Shown in pieces: positions 44,975 to 55,511 of a DNA stretch of 64,000 bases. The stretch's first letter is position 1. Each line of letters starts with the position of its first letter. Made by a program: the position numbers and the translations under genes. This stretch comes from an uncultured virus (IMG/VR IMGVR_UViG_3300038678_000044) (taxonomy: Duplodnaviria > Heunggongvirae > Uroviricota > Caudoviricetes), in the IMG/VR virus record IMGVR_UViG_3300038678_000044, one strand, 5' to 3'. Below the pieces are notes generated by a model that was given only the letters and a program-made list of their open reading frames with translations, was not told the DNA's origin and did not search any database.

Positions 44975-46667
44975 GGAGATCCTGATGTTTGCTAAAGAGA
45001 TACCGGACTTCATTGTAGACGTGATGGAGCATATTGAGATCGGCATTGATCGAGTGGCGGACAAGAAGCTCACCATAGTCGAGCCGCCTGCCGGTGTGGA
45101 TCCACCGATGGTGAAGGTCAAATACCCTGAGCATGTGGAGCTGCTGCTGAACGTCGATGCCAAGATCGAGGATGGCACTGACGATGGTGCATGGGAGAGC
45201 CAGAGTCTCTGGGTCAAGATTCCCTGGCCAACGAGAGTGGCGTGACGGTAGATCTGAAGAAGCGCCACGAGGAGCTGCACCAGGCCCTCGATGAGCTGCT
45301 GGCCTGTTATTTCGTGGAGACCAAGCGACTGATTTCAAATACAACGCTGATGGATTTCCTGAAGTGGTCGCACCTGATGACTGAGAAGCCAACTTGTGAA
45401 GCGCATGGAGGTGAGGATTCGGGAGTCGCGCCCCGGAGTACCGATGGCTAGTTTCCTGGAGTGGCTACGATCGATGTTCTGTTGTCCGCACGATTGGAAG
45501 ACAGTATTTCGCGGGACAGTCACACGAGGAGTTCGATGCACCATCTGTGGAGAGGCAGAGCTGCGGAACGAATGGAACGATGGATCTGAACCGCTTGGCT
45601 GGAGAGAGTGAGACCAGGGCTGATGGAGTGCTGTCGTTGTCATCAAAAATGGTACGACCGGCCAGGGATGTATCGAGAGCGTGATCAGTGCCCCAGGTGC
45701 CTGAGCGTGTACTGGATCTGGGTGACCTGGAAGGGAAGGAAGTGAATCCATTACCACCGCTGATGTACCAGGGCTTGACAGTCTTTTTGACTGACGGTGG
45801 ATCATTGCGTCCGACACGAGTTCACAGCAGGAATGCCAACCAGGGCAAGCACAGCTACCACCATCGCATACAGAAGAAATGGCTCAAACGCTTTGGCCAG
45901 CACTGGGTCGAGATCCAGGCGAGAGGGCAGGTTTTCCAGCTAGGCAGGCACTCGATCATCGTGCGACGTGATGACTGGGATGCGTTTCAACGTGGGTGAG
46001 CTAGAACAGGAGTGGGACTCTGGTCCATTTTGCAGACACTGGTCTGATCCTGGCATGTGCGAGGAGATGTGCGTTAATTGCGGTCATGGTTGTGCCCAGC
46101 ACTCTTACGGAGATGGCGAAACAGACTGTCTCGAAGGCGACTGTGACTGTAAGGAATGGGTCGAATCAAGTTAGAAGGATGTTAGAACATTATGGCTGAG
46201 AAGGTTGATCGTATGCTGACAGCAAACCAGAAGACCATCCTGGCGCTGTCGGAGCTGAAGCCATCGACGACCTACAACCTTGAGTTTCGAGACAGCCTCG
46301 TAGCTCAATTCAATCGAAGGGGCGAGCTGACGCCGAAACAGTGGCACAGCGCCCGACAACTGGTGAGAGATGATGGCTGAGAATCCTGATCGAGAATGTG
46401 CGGTGCATGGCAAGTTCGCGCCTAGCCAGGGAGACCTGAGATTCGTCAATCGATTGGACGACAAGCTGGGACTGCTACGCATCCTGCAACGCTGGGAGTG
46501 GTCCTACACTGAGGCGAAGTTCGAGTGGTACGATGTGCAATGGGTGAAGGATGAAATTGAAGAAGAAGCTGGTTGAAGCCCTGGAGATCATTTGCTTCCT
46601 GGGTGCTGTTGGCCTGCTATTCTATGTGGGATACTTCCTGACCAGCGGATAGCTGGAGGAGCGAACG

Positions 46668-46937
46668 ATGAGTACGATTTACTACTGCGATGCACCTGGC
46701 TGCGTAAAGAAAGCAGCAGGCAGGCCAACACCTGATGGATGGACTGGTCCGGAGGATTGGATGTTTCATAATGGTCCGGAGAAAGTCCTTGATGCGTGTA
46801 GCGAGGAGCATCTGGACGAGGCTCTTACGGTCGCCTATCCTCCGGATCCGGAAGCCGAAGAAGCTGAATCCGAGGAGCAGGACATCACCGAAGATGACGT
46901 AGGCACTATCCCGGTAATCGACGACACCGAATCGTAA
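46668..46937 (+). CDS. Small Cys-containing protein with acidic tail
   Basis: [20 protein letters not shown]. Confidence 0.5.
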   Translation: MSTIYYCDAPGCVKKAAGRPTPDGWTGPEDWMFHNGPEKVLDACSEEHLDEALTVAYPPDPEAEEAESEEQDITEDDVGTIPVIDDTES

Positions 46938-46966
46938 ACTTCCTTCGCCGCCTGGAGGATGCAAGC

Positions 46967-47182
46967 ATGCCACTCAAAAAGGGTAGCAGTAACAAGGCTG
47001 TAAGCTCGAATATCAGTGAGCTGGTGCAAACGGGCAGACCGCAGAAACAGGCTGTCGCAATCGCGATGAGCAAGGCAGGCAGGTCCAAGCACAAGCCAGG
47101 CAATCCCCATGGCAAGAAGCCAGGAAACCCTCATATGTCGAAGGAGCGCCCAGCGCATCATCGCAACAAGCACAATATGTGA
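46967..47182 (+). CDS. Small basic phage protein
   Basis: [24 protein letters not shown], common near packaging genes. Confidence 0.65.
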   Translation: MPLKKGSSNKAVSSNISELVQTGRPQKQAVAIAMSKAGRSKHKPGNPHGKKPGNPHMSKERPAHHRNKHNM

Positions 47183-47559
47183 TGAGCGGCGAGGCCCGAA
47201 AGATTGCCAACGATGCCAGGGTGAAGCTCATGCTTCGCCGCATCATCGCTGGAGGGAATCCGAAAGTCATACATCGGCTTATGCGTCCGCATATGCGTCC
47301 GCATACCTGGGTGTTCCTACGACAGCAAGGCATCGCTGATGATCCAGTCACTTGCCTGGGTATCGTGTTCCACGAATGGCCCAGGAACAAATACAACATG
47401 GTGAGGTTCACCAGCCACACCCATACCGGCGAAGAACTCAAGACATCAGGGCGGCTCGCCCCGCTCGACAATGGTCAGACTGGCCTGATTCTCCAGGTGC
47501 GCTGGCCCTGGGGAGCAATGCTGAAGCAGTACAAGGGCCTCAGCGACGGAAATCTATGA
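47179..47559 (+). CDS. Hypothetical protein
   Basis: Coupled ORF before terL; contains a 12-bp duplication (MRPHMRPH). Confidence 0.5.
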   Translation: MMSGEARKIANDARVKLMLRRIIAGGNPKVIHRLMRPHMRPHTWVFLRQQGIADDPVTCLGIVFHEWPRNKYNMVRFTSHTHTGEELKTSGRLAPLDNGQTGLILQVRWPWGAMLKQYKGLSDGNL

Positions 47560-47560
47560 G

Positions 47561-49153
47561 GTGGTCGCAGACCCTTTATCAGTCCAGGAAGCAGTAGCCG
47601 AGTACAAAACTCAAGCCCAAGCTGAGTTCTATCGGAGAGATCTGAGAGAATTTGTAGCGGCTGCTTGGTCGATCGTTGAACCTAAACCGTTCAAGACCAA
47701 CTGGCACTTAGACGCCATCTGCGACCACCTCGCCTATGTCACGTTCGGTGACATTCGCAATCTCATGATCAACATCCCGCCCAGGCAGACCAAGAGCCTG
47801 ACTGCGAGTGTGCTGTGGCCGGTATGGGAGTGGCTGCTGGATCCTGGGGTGCAATTCTTGTTTGCTTCCTATGCTCAGGAACTTGCTATCCGAGATGCAG
47901 TAAAGTCTCGTCGGCTGATCGAGTCAGCCTGGTTCAAGCAGCGGTATTCAGGTGCCTTCTACCTGGATCCAGCGGACAACAGGAAGAATCGCTACGTCAA
48001 CAACCATGGTGGTCATCGCATCTCCGGCTCGATCCTGGGTAAGGCGACAGGTGAAGGTGGCGACAAGATCTGCATCGACGACCCGCACAACATGAAAGAC
48101 GTGTACTCGGACACGATCCGGTACAACACCCTTTCGACCTGGGACAATAGCCTGAGATCACGCCTTAACGACCCAACCACAGGCCAGAAGGTGCTGATCG
48201 GCCAGCGGTCGCACGACGCTGATCTGTTCGGTCACATCCTGGCCAGCGAAGACGAGCGATGGGAAGTGCTGATGCTGCCGATGGAGTTCGATCCAGCCAG
48301 GAAGTGCATCACGTTCTTCAACAAGGGCAGGGGCCATCAGACCAAGAAGGGCCCGTTGTTCGAGGATCCCAGGGAGAAGAAAGGCGAGCTGCTGAATCCG
48401 CAACGCTTTGGTGAGGAGGAGAGGAAGGCCGAGACCAAGGCAATGTCCGTGAGGGACTACAGCGCCCAGTTCAACCAGGATCCGACATCCGGTGGTGGCC
48501 TGATCCTGAAGAAGAAGTGGTGGCAGCAGTGGTGCTTCCCAGAGGATCATCCGGAAGCTGGCAAGCCGATGCCACACCCAGAGTTTATCGAGGTCATCTC
48601 GTTCTATGACACGGCATTCGAGGAGGATGAGGAGAACGACTGCTCTGCCAGGATCACTGCTGGGCTGTTCGAGTATTCACCGTCAGGCCGGGAGATCGAT
48701 ACCGAGGTTCATGCGTTGCTGCTGGAGCGGTTCAACGATCGAGTGGAGTTCCCTGATCTCAAGACCGAGGCGATAGCCCACAATGTTCAGTGGAGCCCTG
48801 ACCGAACGCTGATCGAGAGGAAGGCCAGCGGTCACTCACTGATCCAGGAGCTGCGTCGAGCTGGCGTTTCTATCTGGGGAGTGAATCCAGGCACCAAGGA
48901 CAAAGTATTCAGAGCGCACATGGTTGCCCAGGTGCTGAAGGAAGGTCGGCTGTGGTACATCCCCAGGAACTGGGCCTACGAGGTGATCAATCAGTGCGCG
49001 ACCTTCCCGGTCGGTGAGAATGATGACTTGGTGGATTGCATCGTGATGTTGCTTGGATACATCCGTCGCCTGGGCCTGATGGAACTCGACGACGACGAGA
49101 AGATGGACGAGATGAAACTGTTCAGCCAACCGAGGAAGTTCTATGGAGCGTAG
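47561..49153 (+). CDS. terL: Terminase large subunit
   Basis: NIPPRQTKS Walker A, GEGGD..IDDPH, YDTAF, IERKASG and FPVGENDDLVD. Confidence 0.95.
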   Translation: MVADPLSVQEAVAEYKTQAQAEFYRRDLREFVAAAWSIVEPKPFKTNWHLDAICDHLAYVTFGDIRNLMINIPPRQTKSLTASVLWPVWEWLLDPGVQFLFASYAQELAIRDAVKSRRLIESAWFKQRYSGAFYLDPADNRKNRYVNNHGGHRISGSILGKATGEGGDKICIDDPHNMKDVYSDTIRYNTLSTWDNSLRSRLNDPTTGQKVLIGQRSHDADLFGHILASEDERWEVLMLPMEFDPARKCITFFNKGRGHQTKKGPLFEDPREKKGELLNPQRFGEEERKAETKAMSVRDYSAQFNQDPTSGGGLILKKKWWQQWCFPEDHPEAGKPMPHPEFIEVISFYDTAFEEDEENDCSARITAGLFEYSPSGREIDTEVHALLLERFNDRVEFPDLKTEAIAHNVQWSPDRTLIERKASGHSLIQELRRAGVSIWGVNPGTKDKVFRAHMVAQVLKEGRLWYIPRNWAYEVINQCATFPVGENDDLVDCIVMLLGYIRRLGLMELDDDEKMDEMKLFSQPRKFYGA

Positions 49154-49415
49154 CGTCAAGAATGTCCACGAGCTGGAGGCTGGCAAGTTCGATGCAGTGC
49201 GAATACTGCGGGACTGCTTGGCAGATGCAGAGCGCGGCAAGATCAAGCATGTGATCGTGGTCTGTGCTGATGCAATGGACGAAGACGATGCCCAGAATGG
49301 TCAGTATCTGTGGGCAACCTGGTCAGACATGACGAGGCAGCAGGTTTTGTGGTTGCAACGGTGGTCGAGCAGCTTCATCAATCACCGCTACTTTGGGCAG
49401 TATCACGACGATTGA
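49143..49415 (+). CDS. Hypothetical protein
   Basis: Overlaps the end of terL. Confidence 0.55.
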   Translation: MERSVKNVHELEAGKFDAVRILRDCLADAERGKIKHVIVVCADAMDEDDAQNGQYLWATWSDMTRQQVLWLQRWSSSFINHRYFGQYHDD

Positions 49416-49793
49416 GGTAGACTTCGCTCGCCGCCCAAGGAGGAACCATGGAGATTCTTATTTTCATTCTGGGCTTTGTCTTCGCCCTGGTGCTGGTGCA
49501 TTTCTACCCAGGGTTGGCCACGGTCGGAGCAGCGGTTGTGAAATCTTGCAAGGCCGGTATTGCCTGGATCCGGAGTAAGCGCAGTGGCTAAGCAGGGCAG
49601 TAACAAGTCACGCAACCAGCTCAGATCTGGTGGCAGCATCAATGCCAAGTGGCTTGAGAACAATAAGAGCCAGCGTCGTCGTCGAGGCAAGGTGGCGAAG
49701 CAATCACGTCGAGCGAACAGGAAGAAGTGACAGCACGATAGGGACCGGATAGAATCCAGCAACTTCGCCGCCAACGAAGCATAGGGCACAGCT

Positions 49794-50720
49794 ATGGGAT
49801 TAGGTGGCGGAGGTCTCGAAGGACTAACCAGTCAATCTGGTGGTGGTGCCGGTGGCTCCGCAGTCAGTGGTCTGGGCATCTGGCGCTTCAGAACTGAGAC
49901 ATCAGCACCTCCAGCGAGCGGCCAGCTCAGGTTTAACAACTCCGATATAGAATCAGCCACCGTGCTATTCCTGCATGAGACCAATGCAGATGGCACCGAC
50001 ATGGCGAACTTCCTGGAGCAGTTGGGTGTCGGTTCATTCCTGTACATCCAGGATCGATCGGCCTCAGAGAACTTCATCCTGGTCCAGATCTCCTCGAACA
50101 CTGACAACGGTGTCTATCGCAGTTTCGGAATCGATATTGTCGAGCAGCAGGGAGACAAGCCTTCTCAGAACAGTGAAGTTGGTATCGTCGCGACTGGTGA
50201 TCCATCACCGACTCCATCAATTTCATTCCCATCGTTCCAGTTCGAGCCATTGCAGTTGGATGATCCGAATAATGCTGACTGGGCTGTTAATGCCGTGGCT
50301 CCTGCGGTTGGCGATGTCATCAATGCCGCACTCACGGTTCGACGATTCGATAGCGCCAGCGAGGAAGGTGTTGGGTTTATGCTGGAAGTTCCGGCAGGCG
50401 CGACGAACATCGTCTTTGGTTTTTTGTCGAGGGCTATTTCGCCGCAACCGACTCCAAATAACGTAGGGGTAAATATCTATAATCGTGGCATTCCGGACGG
50501 TTCGCCGGTTCAATCGTGGTCTGCCGGGGATCAGTTGACGGATATTGCATTACCGAACAACACCAACTTTGTGAAGGATTCGGAGTCAGTTACGTTAGCG
50601 AGTCTTGGTATTACAGCGGGGGAAACTACTCAATTTGAGTTGACTCGTGTTGCTCCAACAGGCGGGAATAACCAATTCGGTGACTGGGCATTGCTGCAAC
50701 TTACGATTGGATTCAGCTAA
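49794..50720 (+). CDS. Putative virion accessory protein (beta-rich)
   Basis: Gly-rich N-terminus, PPASGQLRFN motif and beta-strand composition. Confidence 0.55.
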   Translation: MGLGGGGLEGLTSQSGGGAGGSAVSGLGIWRFRTETSAPPASGQLRFNNSDIESATVLFLHETNADGTDMANFLEQLGVGSFLYIQDRSASENFILVQISSNTDNGVYRSFGIDIVEQQGDKPSQNSEVGIVATGDPSPTPSISFPSFQFEPLQLDDPNNADWAVNAVAPAVGDVINAALTVRRFDSASEEGVGFMLEVPAGATNIVFGFLSRAISPQPTPNNVGVNIYNRGIPDGSPVQSWSAGDQLTDIALPNNTNFVKDSESVTLASLGITAGETTQFELTRVAPTGGNNQFGDWALLQLTIGFS

Positions 50721-51694
50721 TGGGCCTGGCACTTCCTTTTGGACTTGGGCAAAGCGGCCTGGTTGAAGCTGGTGTCGGTCTCGGTGCCGCTGGATTAGCA
50801 GCGGGGGCTGTGGCTGCGCCAGCCGGAGACCCGGATATTGACGCTTACAGTCTCACATCAGCCGCTGTACCTTTTACGATTGTTGCCAACAACCACTTGA
50901 GTCCGACCTTCAGTCTCTCTGGAGACAGGGTGTATTGGGCACGAGCATCATCCTTTCAGTCATTCCAATATGAACTGCCTACGCCAGGTGATCTCTCGAC
51001 GCTGACAGGGAATTTTGAAGGAGCCCAGAACTGGGCTATTAACACTCAAAACATGCGGAGCATTGCATTAAATCCGGCTCGTACTAAGGCTTACAAGATG
51101 CGGAGGGCTAGTGGTTCAGGCGACTCTTTTGTATCTGCTGATCCGTTCTCTGCTGTGGCTCTCGGTGACCCTGCTCTAAATCCATACGCACTAACAAATA
51201 CAGTGCTTGGGACCGGCCTCGTGAGTCCTCTCACTCCTCGTGATTTCGTTGCGGCAGCTAACGATCTGGACCTCTACGTGGCGTCTTACGACATTGCCGA
51301 TCGGAGGATTTACCATTTTCAGATGAGCGTAGCGGGAGATGCCAGTACAGCCGTGGCTCAAGGTGCAGTATTAGATTTGACCAGCAAGTTTGCGACCTTC
51401 ATGTACGGGATCGCCTACACACCTGATGGAAGTAAACTGTTTGTTCTGGGTGATAATCTCGGCACCCTGAGCATTGCCCAGTTCGATTTGAGTGTCGCAT
51501 ACGATGTGACGACTGCTGTTGACAGCGGAAAATCACTGACGGTCACTCCAGCATTTTTCTCACAGGTATCATCGAATCTCTCGCTTGCCGTATGGGAGAA
51601 CCCGGTAGGCGGATTTAAGCTGTACCTCACATGGCACGACCTTGATAACTTCAACTCTGCTTTTATGGAGTTCGATCTGTATGAAGCGCCCTAA
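50720..51694 (+). CDS. Beta-propeller-like virion/receptor-binding protein
   Basis: FSLSGDRVY, YTPDGSKLFV and FDLSVAYDV repeats resemble those in the gene at 61828. Confidence 0.55.
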   Translation: MGLALPFGLGQSGLVEAGVGLGAAGLAAGAVAAPAGDPDIDAYSLTSAAVPFTIVANNHLSPTFSLSGDRVYWARASSFQSFQYELPTPGDLSTLTGNFEGAQNWAINTQNMRSIALNPARTKAYKMRRASGSGDSFVSADPFSAVALGDPALNPYALTNTVLGTGLVSPLTPRDFVAAANDLDLYVASYDIADRRIYHFQMSVAGDASTAVAQGAVLDLTSKFATFMYGIAYTPDGSKLFVLGDNLGTLSIAQFDLSVAYDVTTAVDSGKSLTVTPAFFSQVSSNLSLAVWENPVGGFKLYLTWHDLDNFNSAFMEFDLYEAP

Positions 51695-51721
51695 AGCAAT
51701 ACACAACTTGAGTAATTAACC

Positions 51722-54223
51722 ATGGCAGCCAGAGCGGATCTTTTATCGACCATGAAGCCGATGCCGACCTTCACGGAGACTGAGCAGGTCACCGCGAAGA
51801 ACATCATCACGCATAACGAAGATGGCACGATCTCGATTGTTCCGAAGGGTGAGATCGCTGAGTACGCTGACGTTGATCACGATGAGGAGACACCGGAGGG
51901 TTGGAACGACAACCTGGCAGAGGAGCTGTCTCCCCAGGAACGAATCGCAATCGCGGACGAGCTGATCGAATACTACGAGATCGATGAGCAGGTTCGCGAG
52001 GAGCATTTCGAGCGGCTGACCGATGGGCTCAGGCTGATGGGCTTGACCGACGAGCCAGCCTCAGATGTACCGTTCAAGGGTGCGGCCACCGTGCAGCATC
52101 CACTCATCGCTGAAGCTGTGACGCAGTTCCAGGCACGAGCGATTGAGGAATTCTTCCCGCCCCAGGGCCCGGTCAAGGCTTACATCATGGGTGAGGCGAC
52201 CGACGAAAAGGTGGCGCAGGGGAAACGTCTCGAAGACTACATGAACTATCAGCTCACTGAAGCCGACGAGGAATACTTCTGGTCCACGGATCAGATGCTG
52301 TTTTATCTCCCCCTTTCAGGATCTGCATTCAAGAAGGTCTACATCGATCCCATTACCGGCATGACTACGAGCAGATTTGTTACTGCTGAGGATTTCATCG
52401 TTCCGTATCATGCGCGAACTTTGGCGAACGCACCTCGGTACTGTCACAAATATGAGATGCCGGAGAATGATGTATTCAGGGCCCAGGAGGCGGGATCTTT
52501 CATTGCAGATGCCAGGCTGTTGCCGACACCGCAGATCCTGGTAGACAAGAACACCAGCTTCTCCAGGTACGACCTGGAGGACGTGGCCGACGATCGCAGT
52601 CCTCAGCAGCATTACGACGACACGATCTACACGATGCTGGAGTACCACATCGATTACCACATGCCCTGGGACGAAGACTCAGACATAGCGCCTCCGTATG
52701 TCGTCACGGTCGAGGCCGAGTCTCGCGAGGTCATGGCAGTCAGGCGGAACTGGAAGCACGACGATCCGCTGATGAAGAAGCGAATCTGGTTCACGCATTA
52801 CAAGTATCTCCCTGGCCTTGGTTTCTATGGCTTTGGCCTGCTACACATAATTGGCTCACTAGCGAAAGCTGTCAGTGGCGGCATCCGTGCCCTACTCGAC
52901 AGTGCAGCAGTGGCAAACCTTCAAGGTGGCTTCAAGAGCAAAGAAGCCAAGATTGCTGGGGAGATACGTTTTACACCGGGCGAGTGGATCGATGTCGATA
53001 TGTCCGCCGACGAGCTGGAGAAGGCATTCTTCAACCTGCCGGTCAAGGAGCCATCGACTGCACTCGCTAACCTGGTACAGACGCTCGTCGATGAGGGCAG
53101 GCGATTCGCCACCACCACTGAGAACATGGTTGGTGATGCCAAGAACACTGGACCAGTGGGCACGACCCTGGCGCTGATCGAGCAGGGCTCGAAGGTATTC
53201 AGCGGCATCCACAAGCGCATGCACGTCTCTGCCAGGCAAGAGTTCAAGATGATGTCCCAGTTGAACTACGAGTTCATGGACGTGGAGGAGTATCCCTACG
53301 AGGTCCAGGGTGAGGAACGCACGATCCTGAAGTCGGACTTCGATGGTCGCGTAGACATCATCCCGGTCTCGGATCCGAACATCTGGTCAGCGACTCAACG
53401 CATTGCACAGAACCAGGCAGTGCTGGAGTTGATCACCGCAGATCCGGAGCTGTATCCGAAGAAGCAGCGCAAGATCGCGCATCGACGAATGTTCGAGGCC
53501 ATGCGGATACCGGACATCGATCAGATCCTGCCGGAAGACACGGATGCACCACTGGATCCGGTGAGCGAGAACATGGGCTTCCTGGTCGGATCGGCTGCGA
53601 CCGTGTATCCACTCCAGGATCACGAGGCGCATATCGCGGTCCACATGAATTTTGCAGAGCAGCAAGCAGCGGAGAATCCTGACCTGGTAGCCAACCTGGA
53701 GCCAGTGATCCAGGCGCATGTGATGGAACACAAAGCCTACGTTTATCGGCAACAGGTCGAGGCCGAACTGGGTACGCAGTTGCCATACATCAACCTGGAT
53801 GATCCGAGTGACAACGAAGACTTGCCACCGGAGCTGGAGAAGCTGATCAGCCAGGCTGTTGCTAAGAAGCTCAAGCCTCCGCCTCCGCCTGCACCGACAC
53901 CTGAAGAACAGGCGGAGCAGGATCAGCGTCAGCGCGAGGAAGATGAAGCCGACCTGGAAGTCATCGGCAAGATCGAGCGCGGTAGAGCAGAGAGCGCAGC
54001 CGGGATTGATCGCAAGGACGAGGAGTCCGAAGCAGAGCAGGAGCGCAAGGACAAAGAATCAACCGCTGAGGGCAAGCGCAAAGACACAGAATCGAGAGCC
54101 GAAGTTCGTCGCCAGGACAAGTTAGCTCGCGCCAAGGCCACGTTTGGAAAGGGGCCTGTAAGCGTACCAAGGGGAAAGACCAGCAAGAAACGGAAGACGA
54201 AACGTGGCAGTAGCAAGTCCTAA
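51722..54223 (+). CDS. Portal protein (P22-like)
   Basis: HPLIAEAVTQFQA, LPLSGSAFKKVY, PGLGFYGFGL, PVGTTLAL and DIIPVSDPN. Confidence 0.9.
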   Translation: MAARADLLSTMKPMPTFTETEQVTAKNIITHNEDGTISIVPKGEIAEYADVDHDEETPEGWNDNLAEELSPQERIAIADELIEYYEIDEQVREEHFERLTDGLRLMGLTDEPASDVPFKGAATVQHPLIAEAVTQFQARAIEEFFPPQGPVKAYIMGEATDEKVAQGKRLEDYMNYQLTEADEEYFWSTDQMLFYLPLSGSAFKKVYIDPITGMTTSRFVTAEDFIVPYHARTLANAPRYCHKYEMPENDVFRAQEAGSFIADARLLPTPQILVDKNTSFSRYDLEDVADDRSPQQHYDDTIYTMLEYHIDYHMPWDEDSDIAPPYVVTVEAESREVMAVRRNWKHDDPLMKKRIWFTHYKYLPGLGFYGFGLLHIIGSLAKAVSGGIRALLDSAAVANLQGGFKSKEAKIAGEIRFTPGEWIDVDMSADELEKAFFNLPVKEPSTALANLVQTLVDEGRRFATTTENMVGDAKNTGPVGTTLALIEQGSKVFSGIHKRMHVSARQEFKMMSQLNYEFMDVEEYPYEVQGEERTILKSDFDGRVDIIPVSDPNIWSATQRIAQNQAVLELITADPELYPKKQRKIAHRRMFEAMRIPDIDQILPEDTDAPLDPVSENMGFLVGSAATVYPLQDHEAHIAVHMNFAEQQAAENPDLVANLEPVIQAHVMEHKAYVYRQQVEAELGTQLPYINLDDPSDNEDLPPELEKLISQAVAKKLKPPPPPAPTPEEQAEQDQRQREEDEADLEVIGKIERGRAESAAGIDRKDEESEAEQERKDKESTAEGKRKDTESRAEVRRQDKLARAKATFGKGPVSVPRGKTSKKRKTKRGSSKS

Positions 54224-54434
54224 AGAAGTTCGAGCGGCCAGGGCATTCCTGCGGAACCAGGGTGCGCGATCGTCGGACATTCCGCCACGTAAGTTCGCCA
54301 ACTCAGCGAGAGAACTCAACATGGGATTTCGACAGTTGCTACGGCTGATTGCCAGGCTATACTCCGGTGGTCAAAACCAGCAGCAGTTCCGTATGAGTGC
54401 GATAGCTGCGGCGGCTGAAACAGAAAAAGGTTAA
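54204..54434 (+). CDS. Hypothetical protein
   Basis: Overlaps the portal end. Confidence 0.5.
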   Translation: MAVASPKEVRAARAFLRNQGARSSDIPPRKFANSARELNMGFRQLLRLIARLYSGGQNQQQFRMSAIAAAAETEKG

Positions 54435-54488
54435 GCGTCGAGACCATAAGATCGATGCGAGCTGAGGAGATCAGTCATGACTGATTAC

Positions 54489-54650
54489 ATGAAATATCCA
54501 AAGCCGAGTGCTGACAAGACTGCGGGACGCAGTGCCAAGCAAACTGGCACGGCTTCTCTTGGTGGTCAGCACCACATTTCCGGGACGATGGGTAAGCACC
54601 AACGTACTGGAACTGGTAAAGAAGGCGGCGGAAACAAAGGTAGCTACTAA
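54489..54650 (+). CDS. Small basic Gly/Lys-rich protein (53 aa)
   Basis: Read by hand; contains GTMGKHQRTGTGK. Confidence 0.5.
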   Translation: MKYPKPSADKTAGRSAKQTGTASLGGQHHISGTMGKHQRTGTGKEGGGNKGSY

Positions 54651-54823
54651 TGAAAAACGGTAGCCACTCACAGAAGCCACCTAACCAGGGGCACACCAAT
54701 GCCACGAAACCGAAGGCCAAGAAGTCTATGGCCAAAAACACGATGGGCATGGGCAAGGTGACACCCAAAGCGAAAGGAACGATGGGTAAGCACCAGTCAA
54801 CTGGAGACGGTAAAGCCTTTTAA
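54650..54823 (+). CDS. Small basic Gly/Lys-rich protein (57 aa)
   Basis: Read by hand; TAATG-coupled; contains GTMGKHQSTGDGK. Confidence 0.5.
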   Translation: MKNGSHSQKPPNQGHTNATKPKAKKSMAKNTMGMGKVTPKAKGTMGKHQSTGDGKAF

Positions 54824-54840
54824 CCAGCCAGGAGGATGAT

Positions 54841-55044
54841 ATGTCTGCACTTCGGATAGCAGAACTCATCCTCGTTCGAGCCAGGGAGCGCCTGGAGGAA
54901 AATCATGCCCAGATGGATAAGGGCGGAAGCCACGACCAGTACATGAAGCTCGTCGGTAAGAATAGCGAGCTTCGCTGGATCCAGGACATCACCAGGGAGT
55001 TCCTTGCGAAAGTCGAGGGAGAGGAAGAATTGGATGAACTCTGA
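54841..55044 (+). CDS. Hypothetical head-module protein
   Basis: G..DQYMKLVG motif; GGAGG RBS. Confidence 0.6.
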   Translation: MSALRIAELILVRARERLEENHAQMDKGGSHDQYMKLVGKNSELRWIQDITREFLAKVEGEEELDEL

Positions 55045-55450
55045 AGCGGAAGTACCAGAGCAGCAAGAAGCGACATTATTGGACACGTTTGAACCGAAGG
55101 AATATCCAGGGCAGATGGATCTGTGGCGCTTAGTAGTGCAGATTGCTGAGCCACCTGAGTTAAGTGCAGGTGGAATTGTGATCCCGGATGAATACAAGGA
55201 TGACCAAGAGTTCGCGAGTTACGTGGGCCAGGTTCGATCGATGGGCCCGTTGTGTTACACGGCAATCACCAGGTCGCAGATGGATCTCAAGGACGCGCAC
55301 GGATGCAAGATTGGTGACTGGGTAGAATTTGGAGCGCACGATGGCGAGCGTCGTCGGACGCAGGATGGCACCCTCTGGGTGATTCTTTCTGATACGCAGA
55401 TCATGGGCGTGACGAAACATCCTGAGCTGTACGATTGCATGTCCCTTTGA
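55034..55450 (+). CDS. groES: GroES-like co-chaperonin
   Basis: SAGGIVIP, GQVRSMGP, KIGDWV.F and ILSDTQIMGV. Confidence 0.8.
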   Translation: MNSEAEVPEQQEATLLDTFEPKEYPGQMDLWRLVVQIAEPPELSAGGIVIPDEYKDDQEFASYVGQVRSMGPLCYTAITRSQMDLKDAHGCKIGDWVEFGAHDGERRRTQDGTLWVILSDTQIMGVTKHPELYDCMSL

Positions 55451-55511
55451 CAGGAGAAGCGCACGGAGTATTATCAGCGACACTAAGTCGTTGCGGACTA
55501 GGAGAGCGAGG

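Noticed and set aside
47280..47305. 12-bp duplication (MRPHMRPH)
   Set aside because: Only two copies; likely simple slippage.
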